A stretch of DNA of 63,421 nucleotides, counting the filler, from Bigelowiella natans CCMP2755 (lineage: Eukaryota > Protista > Cercozoa), in the NCBI GenBank assembly GCA_000320545.1. It is 8 parts of 8 records of this genome, joined end to end, with 100 filler letters (N's around TTAATTAATTAA, not from the genome) between each part and the next. Parts side by side here need not be neighbours in the genome. Positions count along the whole stretch, not along the records: positions 18,837 to 36,522 come from ADNK01000120.1; positions 36,623 to 44,051 come from ADNK01000689.1; 6 more parts are not named here. One strand, 5' to 3'. Below the pieces are notes generated by a model, which had not been told where the DNA came from, searched no databases, and saw only the letters and a program-made list of their open reading frames with translations. This document shows positions 23,999-37,489 of this stretch, piece after piece. How positions within the stretch are numbered: position 1 is the stretch's first letter; every line of letters starts with the position of its first letter. A program made the translations under genes and the position numbers.

Positions 23999-24072
23999 AG
24001 GTCTAAAATATCCTCAATCTTCGACTATCTCGCACTATAGGCGCATGTTACATTTGCAAAAACAACCTTCGA

Positions 24073-25900
24073 ATGGCGGTGCTTGAGCGGGAAAGAGCTC
24101 AGGAGAAGAAGGCCGGGGACAGGGACGGCAAGAAGAGCGATAAGGCGGCATATAATCGACGAGATCAGATCGGAATATGCGTGATATTGGCAACCTTCTT
24201 CTTTGGTTGGAGGTGTGCAATGGAAGAGACAAGCACGCGAGCAGTCCATTTCGTCGACACTGTGAACACATCTCAAGGACCCACTGTTCTCCCTCCCCTA
24301 AGACTTAAGAAGAACGAAGGTAGAAGCTCGAATCTACAAGAGATTACGAGTAATGACAGAGTTGATGGGTCGGCACTGACTTCAATTGAGAGTGTCACAA
24401 ATAACGGATCATTGTTTACGGTAGCCAAAGGATTCAATGACCATAAGTTGGAGCTCCTAAAATACCATGCCAACCATCCCAATAGGCAAGCTATATCCCT
24501 CGTCCGACCGTAGACCCACGAAAGCTATATGCACAGAAATTTGGTCAAGGGAGTCGATTTAGCTGCCCATGTACTCCGACTCTTAAAGCAACACTGATCT
24601 TGACAACTCAACTCCATAATGAAACCCGATAAATTGTATGCTTTCCCAACCAGTTCCCTTATTCCTAATTTTAAACCCAAACAGTCAATCCGATGCACAT
24701 CGAAACGAAGGATTTCAAGGTTCAATTTGCCGAATTGACTGGCATTGATTGGCAAAGATGTTCTGTGTAGGGATATGATTCGAATGGTTTTTGCACGCTC
24801 AGGTTGCAGGAAGAGGGCACTGCTTGGAGAATAACATTCACAGCACGGGCTATCTCTTCATTAATCGTAGGCCAATATTGCTTAATACTGGGATTTATCC
24901 AATTTTATCAGCTACCATCTTTTCTCACCTGCTCGCCCACCATTAGGAATCCGACCAAAATGGTGTTTTGGATCGATATATTCAAGAGCGGGTCCTTTCT
25001 TTTCTTGATCTCTTCCTTTCTTTCTTCCCTTTTCCCATCTACCATTCGATGGAAAGAGCGCCAGATAACAATCTACTGGAAGAGAGAAATCAACCTTACC
25101 ATATGACAGAAGGAGGATGGCGGAGAGTCAATACTTACTCAGCCACATGCCTTGCAGAGATATTTCGTTTTGGAAGTACGCAAACTTCCAACTATTCTCG
25201 TTTCCCTCAGCATCTTATCTCTCCTGTGACAGTTCTCACTTGGTATGATACTTCGAATCAAGGTCCTCCTCGTTGAAGAGAGAATTGCTGCCCCACCTCT
25301 GCCCTCCTCAGAAGCTCATATATGACGGCATTCCAGGGGATCCAGACAGAGACTGCCTCGTGCTGCTTAGAAGAGGTTATATGAGGCTGAATCAGGTTGC
25401 GAAAAAGACTCAGATTCCACCATACTCGTGTTGTTCAATAATAATAAAACCACATTCGTCTATTCCCTCTGCTTTGCTCTCTTCTGGCAACAATTAATCA
25501 GACCGACCTCTCGAATGTGACGGCTGTTGCGACTGTGAGGCACCCTGTGAGACGGTGTGCGTTATTAGCAACAGGAGCCAGTCTATTCAATGTTTTCATC
25601 AACATCATCATCACCATCATAACTTCATGTAACCGAGCTCAGTATCATTGCCCTTCTCATCATGTATTATATCAAGATTCATCTCCGGCTACGGCACCGT
25701 AATGCATCGATCGAGGAGCTATAAACAAATCTTCCAGGCGGATGGAGATATGGTAGAGTGCGTGGAACATGAAAATCATCCCCATGATCTTCTTCTGCTG
25801 AAAATGAGCTATTTCTGTCTTATATTGGCATGTCTTGTGTCCTCTACCATATGTACAGTTCACTACCGTCATCATCATCATCATCATCATCCTGTATCTC

Positions 25901-25947
<47 letters not shown>

Positions 25948-27401
25948 TTCTTTGAACACGATGCGGAGAATGAACACACTAGGTTGTTATGAAATAGATT
26001 GCCAAGATAGCTCGTATGAAGGAACCGCATCGCTTCCGAGCCTGCGTCGACTGGTTTACAACGAAGGCAAGGAAGAAATGACATGATGAGAAAATAATCA
26101 GCATAAAGTCACATTCACTAACTGCATATGGATCTCCCCAACTAAAAATGCGTATTTTCGAATCTCTCCGTTATCGTCGTCATCACCATTGACTAAGTGC
26201 ATGTCCAGGGTGTGGATATTATGGCCCCGTACATCATCGATTCGAATGGCAGCCATACCCTGACCAATGCTCTCCAAGTTGACACTCTCCTTCACCTCAT
26301 GTCGCAGATGCTGTTTCTCTCAAGTCATACGCACGCGCGAGAACACACACACACACACACACACACATGCGTATATACATATATTATTTATATCTGTAGA
26401 AGTTATGATGTTGCAATTATTTATCAGTAAGTGCCGTGGGATGTCTCTGCTATTTCTTGAATTCTTTGTTGTTTTTGTTGTCTAATTGGGCTCATTTTTA
26501 CCGAAAATGTTTCTAATGACCTCCCCACCGATAATAAACAACTCAAAATGCAGGGTACCCCGGAAAGGTGCATTACTTAGGCCAGACAGAGAATATGAAG
26601 GAGTCGATCTCATTTGTTAAGAAGGAGCTGTTAGGCCTCGAGAACATGTAACGTACGAGCAGTCGCTCACACCCTCAGCTTTATTTTTCTCCACGATTCT
26701 ATTGAACATGCTGTTAGCGACGACGACGATGACGACGACGATGATGATAAGGAAGAAAGTAGTGAGGAGGGAAAATGGAGGCGATGGTAGATAGAGGAAA
26801 TAGCGGACACTGGTTGTTTTGATGATTATAATAGTATATACTGATGTAAAGGGATGAGATGCCGACATTTTTGATTGATACTAATTTCCCCAAGGACGGA
26901 ATCTCCCCCCAAACCCATGTCTAGGAGAGTAATTATCAATATGCTGTCATTATGTACGTGTTTTGTTAATTTCCAATAGCCCCGATACAGAAGTGAGGAG
27001 AAACAATGTCCACGAAAGCAGTGGTAGTCTAGCCTTGTCAAGGCCTCAGCCACTGCCATCAAACAAATGGCCATTCGATTCTAAGTTGGAGATACGAAGT
27101 TTTTTATGGGAAGTAGTAATCTGTAAAGGCAAACACTGATATGAGTACATGTTCAACTTATATGTATTATTGCTGATACTATTTTCATGCTTGTGCAGGA
27201 GATATGTGGTCGAGTGACAGGTACCTGGAGGAACGTGAGGCCATAGACAAACTAAACCGATTTTTCAGGGTAAACATAGCTTACTGTAAACTACCAATAA
27301 CACCAGTATTCAGCATGCATCTACTGCCGAGTTACACAAATCATAACTGTGTGAATAGGAGGAAATGGAAATTCTTGGGTATGATCCGCTCTAAAACATA
27401 G
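24073..27401 (+). CDS. Golgi-type (type II membrane) sulfotransferase, Sulfotransfer_2-like
   Basis: N-terminal basic tail plus TM segment (RRDQIGICVILATFFFGW). Splicing ~25554 to ~25677 creates VRHPVRRFISGY, the 3'-PAPS-binding motif. A later exon has VHYLGQTENM (cf. DFIGRLENL). 5'-PSB motif and several exon borders not resolved. Confidence 0.6.
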
Positions 27402-27787
27402 TCAATTTTAAATCAGATTTCAATAGCTGTATCTAGAAAATAAACAGTATCATGCCAGTGAACAACACGCAGCAGCGCTTTTATTCATGGGCAGCATTTC
27501 CTGGTAAAAACGCTAATCGTATGCACAGCCTCTATCAATTCTAGCCTGTACGTATCGTATGTACGCTGATGATGCGGCACCCAGAATTTATGTCATGAAC
27601 GTTCATATGTGCAGTTACAATAACAAGCGCGTTCATATGTTATCGCCCACAGGCCGTGCAGTATGATGCTTTCTTGTGAGGCAATAGCACATTCGTTATG
27701 AGCAGGCAATAATCGAACCATCACTTCCGCAGCATGCAACTGATACACTATGCTTATCTCTTGAAAAAGTAAGTTTCGTTTTTTAAG

Positions 27788-29306
27788 TCATCCAAGTCGA
27801 CCTATGAGTGTGGCTGGGCTTACAGAAATAGAAGAGTTTGATATGGCGAATAATACAATTGTCGCGACTGACCCTGTTATGATTGCGATGAGGGAACGCA
27901 TCGACAGCAGTTGGTTCCATTTGTTTCGTTTTTCATGCGCATGTTGGTGAGAATTATCGTAGACGTCAAGCGATTCAGGCTTGCAGTAGCTAAACACGTT
28001 GATCATACTTTCAGACTGCATATTTTGGAATATCTCCGAAGTCGATTTTTCCCGTAGTCTTTTCAATTCAAAACGGGCTCGCAGCAGTAAGGTAGATACG
28101 GCTAAGAAGTTCCTAGTGAAAGGCCAGAATTTCCATCGAAGTTTCCGTAATGAATGTATGGCTTCCAAGCGGACAGCCGCAGGATAATCGTTAGAAATGT
28201 AGGCCAATCTGAGTTGATCTAATGCTGCACCAGAAAATTCCGAGTGCCTAAGGCCAATGTTGCCTATTGCTTCCACAGCAGTGCGGGATTTCTCCGCCAT
28301 CACAGAATCGTAGACACGCCTACCACCGCCACTGCTTTCACCATCCGTAATATTTCCTTCGAATTTTGTGTAATACTTTATCCATGGCCAGGCTGTGGTC
28401 ATAATTATCAGCACCATTCGGCTGTACTCCTTGTGAGAGGCGCCAAGGCTGCCAAGCGACTTGAGCGCAGAGAGACTCACGAAATCCCATTCAGATCGAA
28501 GCTCTGTACGTCCTAACTGTTTTACAGGTTTGTATTCGTACGCATCCTTGAGAGAAGTAAATATCTGAGACACTTGGGATGGTTCTAAAGAAAGAGAAGA
28601 GGGCGGAGAAACCATTATATTCCCTAACGCTTCAGCGGCCTCGAACGTTGAGAGCGGGACCTTATTGTTCTGTACACGGGAGATCTTACTGATCAGGGAC
28701 TGAATGTTTTCCGCTTGGGCGAGCAATGCTTTGCGATCGGGCACCACATTTCTGAATAGGTGATATCCATCATCAGAGCTAGCCATGCAAAGGAAGGAGA
28801 GGAGGTGTGAACTGACCTGCGCTTGTGGACGTATTCTTTGATCAAGCTTTCCAGCTCTTCTCTGACATGGGAGAAAAATTAATATGAGTGCCATATTTAC
28901 GGGATAATTTTGAAAATTTGCTGCTACACCGTTCAAGGTTTTGTGCCGTGTTTTGGGGCATTCCCATTGCAGCGGCAGCTTGTGACACAATGTCGCTCTG
29001 CCGTAGCCATTCCAAGTAGCTTTGATCATGATTTCCTACTAAAAAGATACGGAAATGTTCGATGGAAGTCTCTTCCCAAAAGCAGCTCGAGAATATTAAT
29101 TTGTAACAGCTACCTTGAAAGCGAGGATCGTGCGGCATCGACGTAGACCTAAAACTACTCCTTGTGCGATGTTTTGATCGATGAACGAGATAATCTAGGA
29201 TTTGAGGCTTCTTCCAACTGACGCCATTATCCCTCCGGTGAACCAGCCCTAGAGCAAGAGGGAAAAGGAGGATACAAAGAGAAGAGGTGAGCGGGGCGGT
29301 GCTCAT
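27788..29306 (-). CDS. Helical (HEAT-like) protein with N-terminal signal peptide, basic/Ser-rich extension and C-terminal TM helix
   Basis: Four phase-consistent exons: MSTAPLTSSLCILLFPLALG..PRFQ | GNHDQSYLE..NLER | EELESLIKEYVHKR | SSDDGYH..end. HEAT-like AAEALGNI, ALKSLGSL, AVEAIGNI, VRLEAIHSL. TM LIAIITGSVATIVLFAI. Confidence 0.75.
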
Positions 29307-29806
29307 CACCGCTCGGAAGTAAAACAAAGCGACGGGGTCGCCCCAAAAAATCTGCAGCGACAAACAGAAAACTGCGACTTTACCAACAAATACAGTCGAT
29401 TCAGTTTGAATCGTGAACATAGTGCATTTTATTGAAAATTCAAAAAAAAAATACTCTATTGAAGGTGTCGCAACTTTGAAAATAGAATCAATCATCAAGA
29501 TATTTCCAGTACGACGGACAAGGACGGAAGCGACAACGTAATTATATATGTCGCTATGATGAAATACTAGGCTGATTATAGCATAAGAGTATCGTTTGAA
29601 CTATGTCGCAGATAGCCTTCCCATAAAATCTTTTTATTTTTTAGGAACGACATGATTTCATGGTTGTCGTTGTCGTAAATGGACCATAATTTCCTGCTGG
29701 CTTCGTCATCCAGTATTTAGCGTGCTCCCCCCTCTGTCCTTGCTTTATCGTCGCTATCAACAGCCTTTTGTAGTTGGAAGGATTGACGTAGCGGGTTGGA
29801 GTTGCT
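29307..29806. promoter_or_regulatory. Bidirectional promoter with five TGTCGC/GCGACA copies
   Basis: Between divergent ATGs at 29306 and 29807. Motif at 29357, 29466, 29530, 29549 and 29604. Confidence 0.6.
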
Positions 29807-31035
29807 ATGACAGGTTAGACCATAAAATGTATAGATTATAGGGATTTGAGAGATATCAGATCCGAGCTATTGAAAAGTGCTGACAGCACCGTCAAGGAAA
29901 AGACATTGATTCCAAGTCCTAATCGTGTCTTTACTTTTGGCAGATTTCCTCTCGAATGTGGCAGGGCAGACCTTGCTCTCGATTGTGGCCAGAGGTGAAA
30001 AGCCTTTATAAATTACAAAGGATATGTACAGCTGACGCCGATGTTTTTCTCGTCAGGATCCGCAATAATCGCAGAGCTCAGACGTCTCTCCGATCACATC
30101 CCGTCTGTCTTTCTGAGACCGGCGAATGACACAAAATCCAAATATGCGCCGATAATCCTCGACTTTAGGTCTGTTCCTATTAGTTATTTTGCGTTTCTAC
30201 GTGGTCTTATGGTTTGGAACGTGTTAGACGTAATGTTGTGATAGCACCTGTCTCATACATTGAATCAATATTACAACAGATACCTCAAGAACCCCGACGA
30301 ATATGAAGAGAGAATCGAGAAGGTAGGGATCAACGCCTATTATCTCTCCCGTAATATATTACAATGATATGTTTTAGAACGAGGAAACGGCGGAACTAGA
30401 CGAGGAGTTTCGAGAGAACCACCTTGCCCTACTGGAGCGCTTCTATTCGCTGTTCGAGTCCATACACAAGTGAGTATTTTACTTTATGTTTTCTATTAAT
30501 TTCACGCTCAGTTTCCTCTTATCATTTCATTCCGATGGCATGAAGATTCATATCGGACTGGTTGGCCTATCTCGACGAGCTCGCAGAGGGGACCTTCGTC
30601 CAACACACCACCGAGGTTACTTGTTTTCCCTTCATCGTAGCACTCATTGTCATAAGTGCTGCTGATGCTGCTTGTGCACCACATGATGTATTGGAAAACG
30701 TCTTCTCCTCTGTGAAATTTGACCAAGCCGACCGTCATAAACAACGATAACAACTATGGTAGGGTGTGCTGCTGGATGTCGAGGGCAAGCAGCTCATGGC
30801 AGAGGCCCTATACTTGTACGGGTAATTACCAAAAACCATGCAGTTTGGCACCGCTCAAGAAGAAGACAGAAATCATGATGATGATGATGGTGATAGTGAC
30901 GATGATGGTGATATTGAAGATGTATTTCTCTGATGATCAGATGCATGCTCCTGCTAATGGACTTGCGTATTCCTGGGTTGGCGCGTGAGAGGATGCTCAT
31001 CTCATACTACCGATACAAGGGTAGGGGGGGGATAG

Positions 31036-31072
<37 letters not shown>

Positions 31073-31295
31073 AGGGGATAGAGTAACGAAAAGAGAAGTG
31101 GAAGCCCAGTTTCGATTATTTTTGGAGGAGCACTGCCTGGAAGAATGAAGTCTGCTAGCATTCTTCATTTTTCCTGCTAATACGTTCGTTTTCACTGTGG
31201 AAGATCGAATGCTGTTGAACCAAGGGAAAACTGATACAGAATCAACAATTCGTGCAAAATATTCATTAAAACTCATCACAAATACATAAACACAC

Positions 31296-31335
<40 letters not shown>

Positions 31336-32234
31336 AAATCCAGGTGCTTCAACAATCCCAAACATCGACGAAGTGTGCAAGCTATGCCGTAGCACTGGCT
31401 ACTCTCCTAGCGGGAGAAGGCCGGTAAGATCATGATTCCTAAGCTCATAAGGAAACAACTAACGATAATGGAGACGACGATGGTGATAGCGATGGTGATG
31501 TTGATGGATGCTTTGCCTTCACAGTCACGATACCCCGAGGAGTATTTCGCACGGGTAAAAATACCAAAGGTAAGACTCGCCTCCGCATGCCTAACGAAGA
31601 AGAGGAAAAGGGGGGGGGGGGGGGGGTTCTCTGATGAAGGATGCTGATACGTTATTACCCAAAAAAAATAGGCCACGATCAAGATGATAGTCTCGCGCCT
31701 ACGATCTGACGACATATACAACAGGAGAAAGGTGTAGACAGATGATGCCTCGCCGTGATATTGATGAACCATGCATGACCCCATGGTGCTGATGTGCTGA
31801 CTTTGGGGAAATGTAGCCGTGTCATCGTCGTCATCGTCGTCTTCTTCCCCATCACCATCATCCTCATCTAATATTCTCTTGGGTGGTGGTGGGGGTGGTG
31901 TTGTCGCAACAACGTGCAGGCTTACCCCTCCCCGGAGCACAGATCCACTGCACTCGCCACACAAAGCGCTATGCTGTACACCATCCTCTACTTCGCACCG
32001 ACCGTTCTGGAGAAGGAGCAGTCGATGATGCGGGAGATTGTAATTCTTAACAAGAAGAAAAAGAAGAAGAAGATGATGATGATGAGAGAAAGAAGCAAGA
32101 TGGCGATGGTGGTGGTGGTGATGATGATGATGATGATGATGATAACAGGTCGATAAGCATTTCAACGACAACTGGGTGGTTCCCTTCCAAATGGGGTTTG
32201 CAGTAGACTTATCGCAGGTGGTTCAGACGACTGT

Positions 32235-32272
<38 letters not shown>

Positions 32273-33094
32273 TAGACGAGACAACTAACCTAAACGTAAG
32301 AAATGTTGGATGATGAAGCTACCATTATCTCTCCATGAGTTGTTGTTTCACGAATGCTTTCATTGCATACTTGTTATGATTCAAGGCTTGGGAGCCGTAT
32401 AGAGCAGCGCGGCTGGCCCTCGACAACATTTTAAACAAGCAGAACGTGACCGATGTGAGTAGCGAGCGGCACTCCTACTTACACTTGTTGCACAATTTCT
32501 TTCGATGAGAGAAAAACGAATGAGCGCCATGCACATTTCAAGCGATTATATTCATCTTATATATTTGCTTCTACGCCTCCCCATCCTCCCAACCCCCCCC
32601 CCCATTCCTCGCACTGCCATGCACACCGAATCGATAGGTAACTGAGCGGTTTGCTACTGCCGTGAATACCCTCAACGCCAAGCTCCTGAAATATCTCACC
32701 AAGGGCGTGCTGAATGAACCGTTTGTCATGAGTAAGTCACAAGCACAAGAACAAGAAAAAGAATAACAAAGGAAGAAACATCAATTTGAGTTTGAGCGCC
32801 ACAGATTAAGAGCTGGAGCGTGATCCTAACCATCGCTCACCTCCTCATCTTCTCTTTCCCCTTTTCTTCTTCTTCATCATATTCCATTTCCTCTGCTCTG
32901 TCACAGGCAATATTCGTGTCCTTATGCACTGCGTACGCGACTGCAACGTTGCTCTCCGCTGGTTTCTGCTCCATCGTACAACGATGCATAGAAGGTAATA
33001 ATAGGCCCTCTCGTCTCTCAACCCAGCAGTAACTGCTACTGTATGCAGTACTACTTACATATACAACACGACAGCATACTATGATATTTTTTAA

Positions 33095-33144
<50 letters not shown>

Positions 33145-33261
33145 CCGACGCGGTGGTCTGATTGACTGATTGGCGGCCAACGATGATTAGGCGTTGACGC
33201 GTGTGAAAAAGAACGCGAACCTGCAGCAATGGTTCAAGAAATTAGCGGAGCAGGTCGGTGT

Positions 33262-33306
<45 letters not shown>

Positions 33307-33312
33307 GAGAAA

Positions 33313-33360
<48 letters not shown>

Positions 33361-33735
33361 GCGAGAGAATAGAGGGAGAATAAGGGTGACAATCAGCCCC
33401 CCAGCACGATTGAGTAGTATCGTCATCGCGATCATCAATCATCATCATCATCATCATCATCATCACAATTGAGTAGTATCGCATCGTCATCATCGCCATC
33501 ATTACCACCACCGCAGGTTGGCTCGTTGGACTTCAGTAATGCAGTCGTGGCGGGACGCAACATCGCGCATTTAATACGTCATTTGGAAGAAGTCGAGCAG
33601 TTTCATCAGATTGAGTCCTCAATGCAAGTCAAGGTACTACTGCAATACTACTACTAATACTACTAATGCCACCACCACCAGCAGAGAAATGGTAAGAGGA
33701 GGGAAAGGGGGGCTATCGTCTTTCAGGATTGACCA

Positions 33736-33767
<32 letters not shown>

Positions 33768-33822
33768 GCATCAGCATCAGCATCATCTATCATTCACTCA
33801 TCCTCCTTTGGCAAATAACAAT

Positions 33823-33861
<39 letters not shown>

Positions 33862-33864
33862 CAT

Positions 33865-33896
<32 letters not shown>

Positions 33897-34064
33897 TATA
33901 TAGGCGTTTCTGGCGGACACCCGCGACTACATGACTCGAATGATACGCACGGTGCCAGATTGAGAATCATCATTAGATATAAATACACTCAAAAATAGCA
34001 TGTAGTATTATTTATATATATTTTAAATATACACACATGTAGTGATATGCAATCAAAATTAGTG

Positions 34065-34105
<41 letters not shown>

Positions 34106-34588
34106 GTGACCCTTGGTTGTTGTTCCTTGATACAGCTTCTTTCCTCCTTCCCCTCCCCGTGTCATCATACCCCCCCATGATGCGGTGTGCGCATAAATGG
34201 CATCACCGACGAAACCACCAACTAGGTCAATATTACGGACTCGGTTCTAGCAGATCTCGAAACTATCTCCGACTTTGCATATGCCTGCGAGGTAGGTTGC
34301 GGAGGGGGCAGGGGGGCTTGATTATAACGACGATAAAAAATCTTAATCTCTCTCTCTCTTTGATTCGTTTGTAGATTGATAGGAGCGATGTTGTGTGATA
34401 ATGCAAAGTTGATTGAATGGTGTCCCCCCCCCCTCGTCTTTCCGCCTCTGCCCCCGTCGCTGGCTGGTGGTGTTGTCGTCGGTTGTTGTATTATATCCGA
34501 ATTGCAATAATCAAGGTCATAAACGATTACACATCCCAGCTGCATCATAGGATCAAGTCGAAGCCTTCCACGGTTTGTTTGTATGAAT

Positions 34589-34651
<63 letters not shown>

Positions 34652-36062
34652 TGTTGTTGTGTGTGTAGTAGTCAAACACATGCAACACATCAATTTCCAT
34701 CAATTTCCATCATTATCATCATCATCATCATCATCATCATCATGTACCTTCCTTTCATTTTTTTCCTGCTTTTGGTTGGGATGATATCCTTGCTCACCGA
34801 TATTATTAGGTATTGCTTCTGCGGGCAACGTTCCTCAAGCTGTCGTCCATTCTGGCCCTCCCTCTGGTTCGAATCACGCAATGCGGCTCCAAAGATGATA
34901 TCTCCCGTCGCAGAGTAAGAAAGGAGGGGGGGGGGGGGGGGGGAAGGGGGGGTGGAGAGGCGCTGATGCAAGAGAAATAGTGCCAGCGAAATCAAACAAA
35001 TAACACGCTCATAAAATACACGTACGAATACATTAAACACACGCTGCTTATGGGGGAAAACAACGAACTAACTTCCAGTTTATTCTTCTTCTTGTTGTTG
35101 TTGTCCTAACATTCCTCCTCGTCCCCATGATCATCGGCATCCTCCTCCTCCTCCTCCCGCACTTCAGATATTACTCCGGGGACTTGGTAAGATACATTCG
35201 AAAGGTGCTGGAGATTGTTCCGCAGTCGGTGTTTAACACGCTGGCGTTGATTATCAACCTCCTCACACACAAGATGAAAACGGTACTACTACTACTATTA
35301 CTAGTGGTAGTAGTTTGTGTGTGTGTGTGTGCGCGCGCGCGCGCGCGCATATTCTCGCTGATGTGTGTTACTTCTCCTCGTCCTCCTCATTTTCCATGCC
35401 CCCCTCCCCCTCTAATTCTGTAACTACAGCTGCCCACAAAGTTGGAGCGGTTACATCTGCAGCAGTACTCGCAGCTCCCAGAGCGCTACACACTCGCTCG
35501 TGCTACGCACCAGGTAGTGATGACGATGATGACGACGATCATCAGAATAGCGGTGGAGGAGGTGGTGATATCGCCGGCTGGGCGTGAATGTCGTTGTCAT
35601 CGTCGTTATCATTATCATCATCATCACCACCATCACCACCATCATCATCATCATCATCATCATCGTGCTGTACAATACTTTTGCGTGTGGCCAACAACAG
35701 GTTTCTGTGTTCACTCGCGGTATCCTGAACATGAAGACTACTCTCGTCGGTATTGTGCAGCTGGACCCCAGACAGCTGCTCGAAGATGGCATTCGGAAGG
35801 TAAGAATAGAGCAAGCGCCCTGCTGCTAATGATACCAGCTGGAGATGGAACCAGCCTTTCTAAAGAAGAAGAAGAAGAAGAAGAAGAAGAAGACAGTTTG
35901 GGAAGAGGAGGGAGGAGGGATGATCCTGGAATGGCGTTCTCCACGACCAAAAGAATGTTGGGCTGGATGATCAGCCTTTGCGTCGGCTTGCATCCTCCCC
36001 GTTCCCTCTCCTCCCTTTCCCCCCCTCTTTTATTTTGATGCTGTGTTATACACAAGCCCGTG

Positions 36063-36102
<40 letters not shown>

Positions 36103-36143
36103 GTGATTGTTACGTTCGTCCGTGTGCACGTCCCCCCCCCACC

Positions 36144-36186
<43 letters not shown>

Positions 36187-36283
36187 CCAGGAGCTGGTTC
36201 GCAGAATCGCAAGCGCCCTGCACAAGCAATTAGTCTTTGAAACCGGAAAAGTGTCAGAATTCGAGTCGAAGCTCAAGGATCTG
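29807..36283 (+). CDS. WASHC5: Strumpellin / WASH complex subunit 5 (C-terminal part lost at gap)
   Basis: More than 20 exons: [174 protein letters not shown]. Confidence 0.96.
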
Positions 36284-36295
36284 GTACTTATATGA

Positions 36296-36334
<39 letters not shown>

Positions 36335-36522
36335 TTAGAGATGTGCATGAAAGTAATCTTGGTTCGTCATGTCCAGTTATTTCTCTACATTTCTCCCTTC
36401 CATATCCCCCTCTCCCGACCCCCCCTTCTGTCTATTTCAGGAGACCATGAAAGGGGGGGTGGGGGGGGGGGGGGGGGTGCGCAAGATGAGTTAGAATTCT
36501 GGGTTTAGATCTAGAAAAAGTA

Positions 36523-36622
36523 NNNNNNNNNNNNNNNNNNNNNNNNNNNNNNNNNNNNNNNNNNNNTTAATTAATTAANNNNNNNNNNNNNNNNNNNNNN
36601 NNNNNNNNNNNNNNNNNNNNNN
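36523..36622. other. Artificial contig spacer
   Basis: N44-TTAATTAATTAA-N44. Confidence 0.98.
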
Positions 36623-37199
36623 TACAAGGAAGCAGAGAATGTAAGGAAGTTGTAGTGGTTGCGTCGGCCCCTTGGGGGGCGTAGCATTTCTAGTGAACTG
36701 CAGCATCGAAGGGAAGGGGGGGGGTCTCACCAATTTCTCTTAAGCGCCGCCGTTCCTCATAGGTCCGCGTTCAAATAAAGAACGGAGCCGCGAGCGATGA
36801 AGTCTTGAATCAGGTGATCTGGTGCATTTGCACCCTCATTCTTCATCGAGTGCAACATCTCACCACAACGCGCCGTGTCGCTGTGTAGACGCCGTTTTAC
36901 TGCCCGTGCGACCCCGGTCAAAAGGCCCTGTTACAACAGGCTATGTCCGAGTTGAGAGATTTGCTCACGATGCACCAGGACAGGAGGAAGGGAGGTTTCA
37001 GCCAATTAGATCTATTCGTGAATAAAGGACTGAAACATATCAAATCGCTGTATTATCTCTCTTCTGTTGCTCCCTTCAGAGTCAGAGCAGCGGTTAAATC
37101 GCGCTCTCATCAACATTGGCGATCTGTATCGGTGTGTGACTTTACAAGGTCAAGTGAATCTGTAACCACCTGTCCTAACTTCTCTCGTTACCCCCCCCC

Positions 37200-37240
<41 letters not shown>

Positions 37241-37293
37241 CCTATTCCTCTCGTTCTTGCTCTTAGGGCAGAGCAACTGGAGAATTCTCTAGC
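36623..37293 (+). repeat. ~670-bp near-identical direct copy of 38838-39506
   Basis: Sequence identical apart from a few SNPs/indels; duplicated ORFs 36822/39035 and 36943/39156. Confidence 0.95.
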
Positions 37294-37446
37294 ACAGTAA
37301 CAATGAGCATCACATATCACGTCACATCTCGCCCATCTCGGGCGGCCATCAACTCGCTAGCAGCACCCGAGTCATAATGTATTCCACACTACTGCTTGTT
37401 TCGTTCTGTGCCGTGCACGCATGCACGCACCACGCACGCACCATAT

Positions 37447-37489
<43 letters not shown>

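Noticed and set aside
24073-24513. ATFFFGWR resembling a tyrosine recombinase box (DIRS/Crypton)
   Set aside because: No H-x-x-R/Y motifs found; better explained as the TM anchor of the spliced sulfotransferase.
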